From Escherichia coli (GTDB lineage: Bacteria; Pseudomonadota; Gammaproteobacteria; Enterobacterales; Enterobacteriaceae), in the NCBI RefSeq assembly GCF_044324875.1, contig NZ_CP172185.1: DNA of 64,000 nt; one strand, 5' to 3'. Shown here piece by piece: positions 60,413-64,000 of the stretch. How positions within the stretch are numbered: the first letter of the stretch is position 1; the number at the start of each line of letters is the position of its first letter. A model generated the notes under the pieces. The model was not told the DNA's origin and did not search any database. It saw nothing but the letters and a program-made list of their open reading frames with translations. The position numbers were made by a program, and so were the translations under genes.

Positions 60413-62857
60413 TTACACCTTTTCAACCTGAACAAGGTTTGTATGTGACGGATTCCCCTTAGCGAGAGGAGACGGACGTTGAGTGGTCAGTACATTGATA
60501 CAACCGCCCTTATCGACACGTTTTGCATCCGGGTCATACCAGGCACCTTCACCCAGTGCGACCACACCCGGCATCATTCGTGGCGTCACTTTCGCCTCAA
60601 TATGAACCTCACCACGATCGTTAAAGATCCTGACTTTATCGCCGTTGTTGATACCGCGTTTTTGCGCATCAAGCGGGTTGATCCACATTTCCTGACGGCA
60701 AGCCGCTTTCAGCACATCAACGTTGCCGTAAGTTGAGTGAACGCGAGATTTATAGTGGAAACCCGTAAGCTGCAGCGGATATTGTTTGTTCAGCGGATCC
60801 TGATAACTTTCAAAGCCCGGCGTATAGATCGGCAGTGGATCGATCACATCGCCTTCTGGCAATTCCCAAGTCGCGGCAATGTCAGCCAGCGCCTGCGAAT
60901 AAATCTCAATTTTACCCGATGGCGTGGTCAGTGGATTTGCCTGAGGATCTTCACGGAAAGCTTTATAAGCAACGTGGTGCCCTTGTGGGTCGCGCTTTTT
61001 AAAGATCCCCTGCTTGCGGAACTCTTCAAACGTTGGCAGTTCAGGAATCGCTTCCCGCGACTGGGCATACAGATGCCGCATCCACTCTTCCTGTGTACGG
61101 CCTTCAGTAAACTGTTGCTCAACGCCAAGACGTTTTGCCAGTTCGCTGGTCATTTCATAGATGGTCTTACATTCAAAGCGCGGTTTAATCACCTGATCGT
61201 TGAAAATCACGTAAGACATATTCCCGCAGGATGCATCCAGTGCAAAGTCCATCTGTTCGGAAGCGGTGCAGTCAGGCAGCAGGATGTCAGCATATTTCGC
61301 TGATGAGGTCATGTGGCAGTCGATAACCACAATCAGCTCGCACTTCTTATCATCCTGAAGGATTTCATGGGTACGGTTGATTTCAGAATGCTGGTTAATC
61401 AGGCAGTTACCGGCATAGTTCCAGATCATTTTGATCGGCACATCCAGCTTATCTTTCCCGCGCACACCATCACGCAGCGCTGTCATTTCCGGGCCACGTT
61501 CAATGGCATCGGTCCACATAAACATCGAAATGCTGGTCTGGATCGGGTTTTCGAGGGTCGGCATACGGACAAACGGTAAGCTGTATGAACCTTCACGCGC
61601 GCCGCTGTTGCCTCCGTTAATACCAACGTTACCGGTCAGAATCGCCAGCATCGAGATAGCACGGGTTGCGATTTCACCGTTAGCGTGACGCTGCGGGCCC
61701 CATCCCTGGCTGATAAACGCCGGTTTGGTACTACCGATTTCACGAGCCAATTTGATGATTTTGTCTGCCGGAACACCGGTGATTTGCGAGGCCCATTCCG
61801 GCGTTTTAGCCACGCCATCTGGCCCTTCACCCAGAATATAAGCTTTATAGTGACCATTTTTCGGCGCACTGGCTGGCAGTGTTTTCTCGTCGTAGCCAAC
61901 GCAATATTTATCGAGGAATGCCTGATCCACCAGGTTTTCGGTGATCATGACATACGCCAGACCGTTAACCAGTGCGGCATCTGTTCCTGGACGAATAGGG
62001 ATCCACTCATCTTCGCGCCCGGCACCGGTGTCGGTATAGCGCGGATCGATGATGATCATGCGGGCATTAGATTTCTGACGCGCCTGTTCAAGATAGTAAG
62101 TCACCCCACCGCCACTCATTCGCGTTTCGCCAGGGTTATTACCAAACAGCACTACCAGCTTACTGTTTTCGATATCCGACGGGCTGTTACCATCTGCCCA
62201 GCCGCCATAGGTATAGTTCAAACCTTCCGCAATTTGCGCGGAAGAGTAGTCACCGTAATGGTTCAGATAACCGCCGCAGCAGTTCATCAGGCGAGCGACC
62301 AGGGTATTTCCCGGCGGCCAGGAGCGGGTCATGGTGCCGCCCAGCGTACCGGTACCATAGTTCAGATAGATAGACTCGTTGCCGTACTCTTTGATCAGGC
62401 GCTGCATATTGGTCGCGATGATGTCGTAGGCTTCTTCCCAGCTAATGCGCTCGAATTTGCCTTCACCGCGCGCCCCGACTCGTTTCATCGGATATTTCAG
62501 GCGGTCCGGATTGTAGACACGGCGACGCATGGAACGCCCACGCAGACAGGCGCGCACCTGGTGCAGGCCGTCATAGTTGTCATCGCCGGTATTATCCGTT
62601 TCAACATATTTAATTTCACCGTCCACAACGTGCATACGTAGCGGGCAGCGACTACCACAGTTAACTGTACAGGCGCTCCAGATAACCTTTTCGTCTGATT
62701 TTGCCGGAAGGGCACTATCAACAGCGTGCGCAATCCGACTAAAAGGTAATGTTAACGCGCTGCTTGCCATTGCCAGGCCGCCGATCGCTGTCGTTTTTAC
62801 CAAACCACGGCGACTCACCTCAGCAGCCAATACCGCATCAGGGATTTTCGTTTTCAT
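60413..62857 (-). CDS. dmsA: DMSO reductase catalytic molybdopterin subunit (Tat signal)
   Basis: 814 aa; twin-arginine leader (SRRGLVKTTAIGG), CTVNCGSRCP Fe-S motif. Confidence 0.95.
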   Translation of the reverse strand: MKTKIPDAVLAAEVSRRGLVKTTAIGGLAMASSALTLPFSRIAHAVDSALPAKSDEKVIWSACTVNCGSRCPLRMHVVDGEIKYVETDNTGDDNYDGLHQVRACLRGRSMRRRVYNPDRLKYPMKRVGARGEGKFERISWEEAYDIIATNMQRLIKEYGNESIYLNYGTGTLGGTMTRSWPPGNTLVARLMNCCGGYLNHYGDYSSAQIAEGLNYTYGGWADGNSPSDIENSKLVVLFGNNPGETRMSGGGVTYYLEQARQKSNARMIIIDPRYTDTGAGREDEWIPIRPGTDAALVNGLAYVMITENLVDQAFLDKYCVGYDEKTLPASAPKNGHYKAYILGEGPDGVAKTPEWASQITGVPADKIIKLAREIGSTKPAFISQGWGPQRHANGEIATRAISMLAILTGNVGINGGNSGAREGSYSLPFVRMPTLENPIQTSISMFMWTDAIERGPEMTALRDGVRGKDKLDVPIKMIWNYAGNCLINQHSEINRTHEILQDDKKCELIVVIDCHMTSSAKYADILLPDCTASEQMDFALDASCGNMSYVIFNDQVIKPRFECKTIYEMTSELAKRLGVEQQFTEGRTQEEWMRHLYAQSREAIPELPTFEEFRKQGIFKKRDPQGHHVAYKAFREDPQANPLTTPSGKIEIYSQALADIAATWELPEGDVIDPLPIYTPGFESYQDPLNKQYPLQLTGFHYKSRVHSTYGNVDVLKAACRQEMWINPLDAQKRGINNGDKVRIFNDRGEVHIEAKVTPRMMPGVVALGEGAWYDPDAKRVDKGGCINVLTTQRPSPLAKGNPSHTNLVQVEKV

Positions 62858-63153
62858 AATGGCTCACTCAAGCTTGCTCACGATTGATTCCAGTAACAAA
62901 CCGTATTGTGTAATTATTTCTATAGCAGTTCGCTATATAGGCTTGTATACATCGAATAATTTGAAAATCAAAGAGATAGGTAGATTTTCACTCGAAAGTA
63001 GTATTACGTGTAAGTGAGGAGTAATTATTGTTCGGTATCAAAGGGAGACAAAAAAAGCGCCCGCAGGAGATTTAACGGTACTTACTCCTCTTGCTGATTT
63101 CCTTATTTTTCAATAAGTAAACAAAAACAAGGGGAGCAAATTATCACAAATAA

Positions 63154-64000
63154 TTACTGGTCGATGGACAGTTTATGGACACTTTCAGCCAGCGGATTAA
63201 AGCTGATCGCATCCTGTAAAAAGTCCGGTGAAAAATGCGCATACGTCATCGTTTGCTGAATCGTGGCGTGACCCAGGATCCTCTGCAACGTGACGATGTT
63301 CCCGCCGTTCATCATGAAATGCGTGGCGAACGTGTGCCGCATGACATGCGTGGCCTGCCCTTTGGGTAAGTCGGGCTTCACCTCCTGAAGGATCTCCCTG
63401 AAACTGAGATAATCAACCTGATATAACAGGCCGGTCCGGCGGGTTTTAATTAACGGCACAACGGAATCAGCTACAGGAACCGAGCGCGATTTCCCGTTCT
63501 TTGTGTTAAAGAACGTCACCCTGTTACCCACGATGTGTTCCCCGCGAAGCGTTGACGCCTCTTTCCATCTGGCCCCGGTCGAAAGGCACAGAATGGCAAT
63601 GCGTCGTGCATCACCCTCAAGCCGTTTCAGAAGGCGATCAATCTCGTCATCTGAAAGAAAGGCCATTTCTGTATTCTGAACCTTGAGTTTACGTATTCCG
63701 CGCACAGGGTTTTCGTTATGATAAACCTCCGCGTCAATTAACAACGAAAACATCGCAGATAAGGCGCACAGGTCGCGATTGATACTGGACGGCATCAGTC
63801 CCGCCTGCAACTTATCCGAGCGATACTCAATCACGAATTTTCGTGTCATCTGGCTGGCGCGCGGGTCCCCCATTTCACGTATCACCTTCTCCAGTCTGGT
63901 TCTGTAGGTATCACCATATGCCTGATTACGACCATCAAGCATCCACCACACCTCAATCAGTTCTGATAACCGCCGTTGATCGGCGGGCCTTGCCTGCCAC
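63154..64000 (-). CDS. int: P2-family phage tyrosine integrase (partial; N-terminus beyond window end)
   Basis: Frame is open on the minus strand from the stop at 63154 through 64000 (...WQARPADQRRLSELIEVWWMLDGR...); tyrosine-recombinase motifs ILCLSTGARW, HVMRHTFATHF, LGHATIQQTMTYAHF; strongly resembles P2 Int as recalled from memory; the listed ORF start at 63951 is an internal GTG. Confidence 0.8.
   Translation of the reverse strand, partial: WQARPADQRRLSELIEVWWMLDGRNQAYGDTYRTRLEKVIREMGDPRASQMTRKFVIEYRSDKLQAGLMPSSINRDLCALSAMFSLLIDAEVYHNENPVRGIRKLKVQNTEMAFLSDDEIDRLLKRLEGDARRIAILCLSTGARWKEASTLRGEHIVGNRVTFFNTKNGKSRSVPVADSVVPLIKTRRTGLLYQVDYLSFREILQEVKPDLPKGQATHVMRHTFATHFMMNGGNIVTLQRILGHATIQQTMTYAHFSPDFLQDAISFNPLAESVHKLSIDQ

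Noticed and set aside
62858-63153. tRNA gene as integration target next to the integrase
   Set aside because: No tRNA-like sequence (no GTTCGA-type T-arm or cloverleaf) recognised in the intergenic region; P2-like phages commonly use non-tRNA att sites.

Overview
This window reads as a conserved Escherichia coli-type core chromosome segment, and I found no convincing evidence of a novel or undescribed system. Gene order (in K-12 terms, reversed) is: elf/ycb chaperone-usher fimbrial operon (ycbV partial, ycbU, elfG, elfC, elfD, elfA), ssuEADCB, a REP/BIME cluster, pepN, pncB, asnS, ompF, aspC, ycbL, mepK(ycbK), ldtD(ycbB), mukBEF (minus strand), cmoM(smtA), elyC, ycbJ, kdsB, ycaR, ycaQ, lpxK, msbA, ycaI, ihfB, rpsA, cmk, ycaL, aroA, serC, ycaP, ycaO, focA-pflB-pflA, ycaM, ycaD, ycaC, dmsCBA. 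Three things depart from the K-12 layout as I recall it: (1) two identical IS200 copies in inverted orientation, one between asnS and ompF and one between ldtD and mukB; (2) no ycaN/ycaK between pflA and ycaM; (3) a P2-family tyrosine integrase gene 296 bp upstream of dmsA that runs off the window end, probably a prophage or island boundary. All gene identifications rest on recognition of the translated ORFs and remembered K-12 synteny; no database search was run. The many long antisense ORFs are in-phase codon-bias artefacts, not genes.
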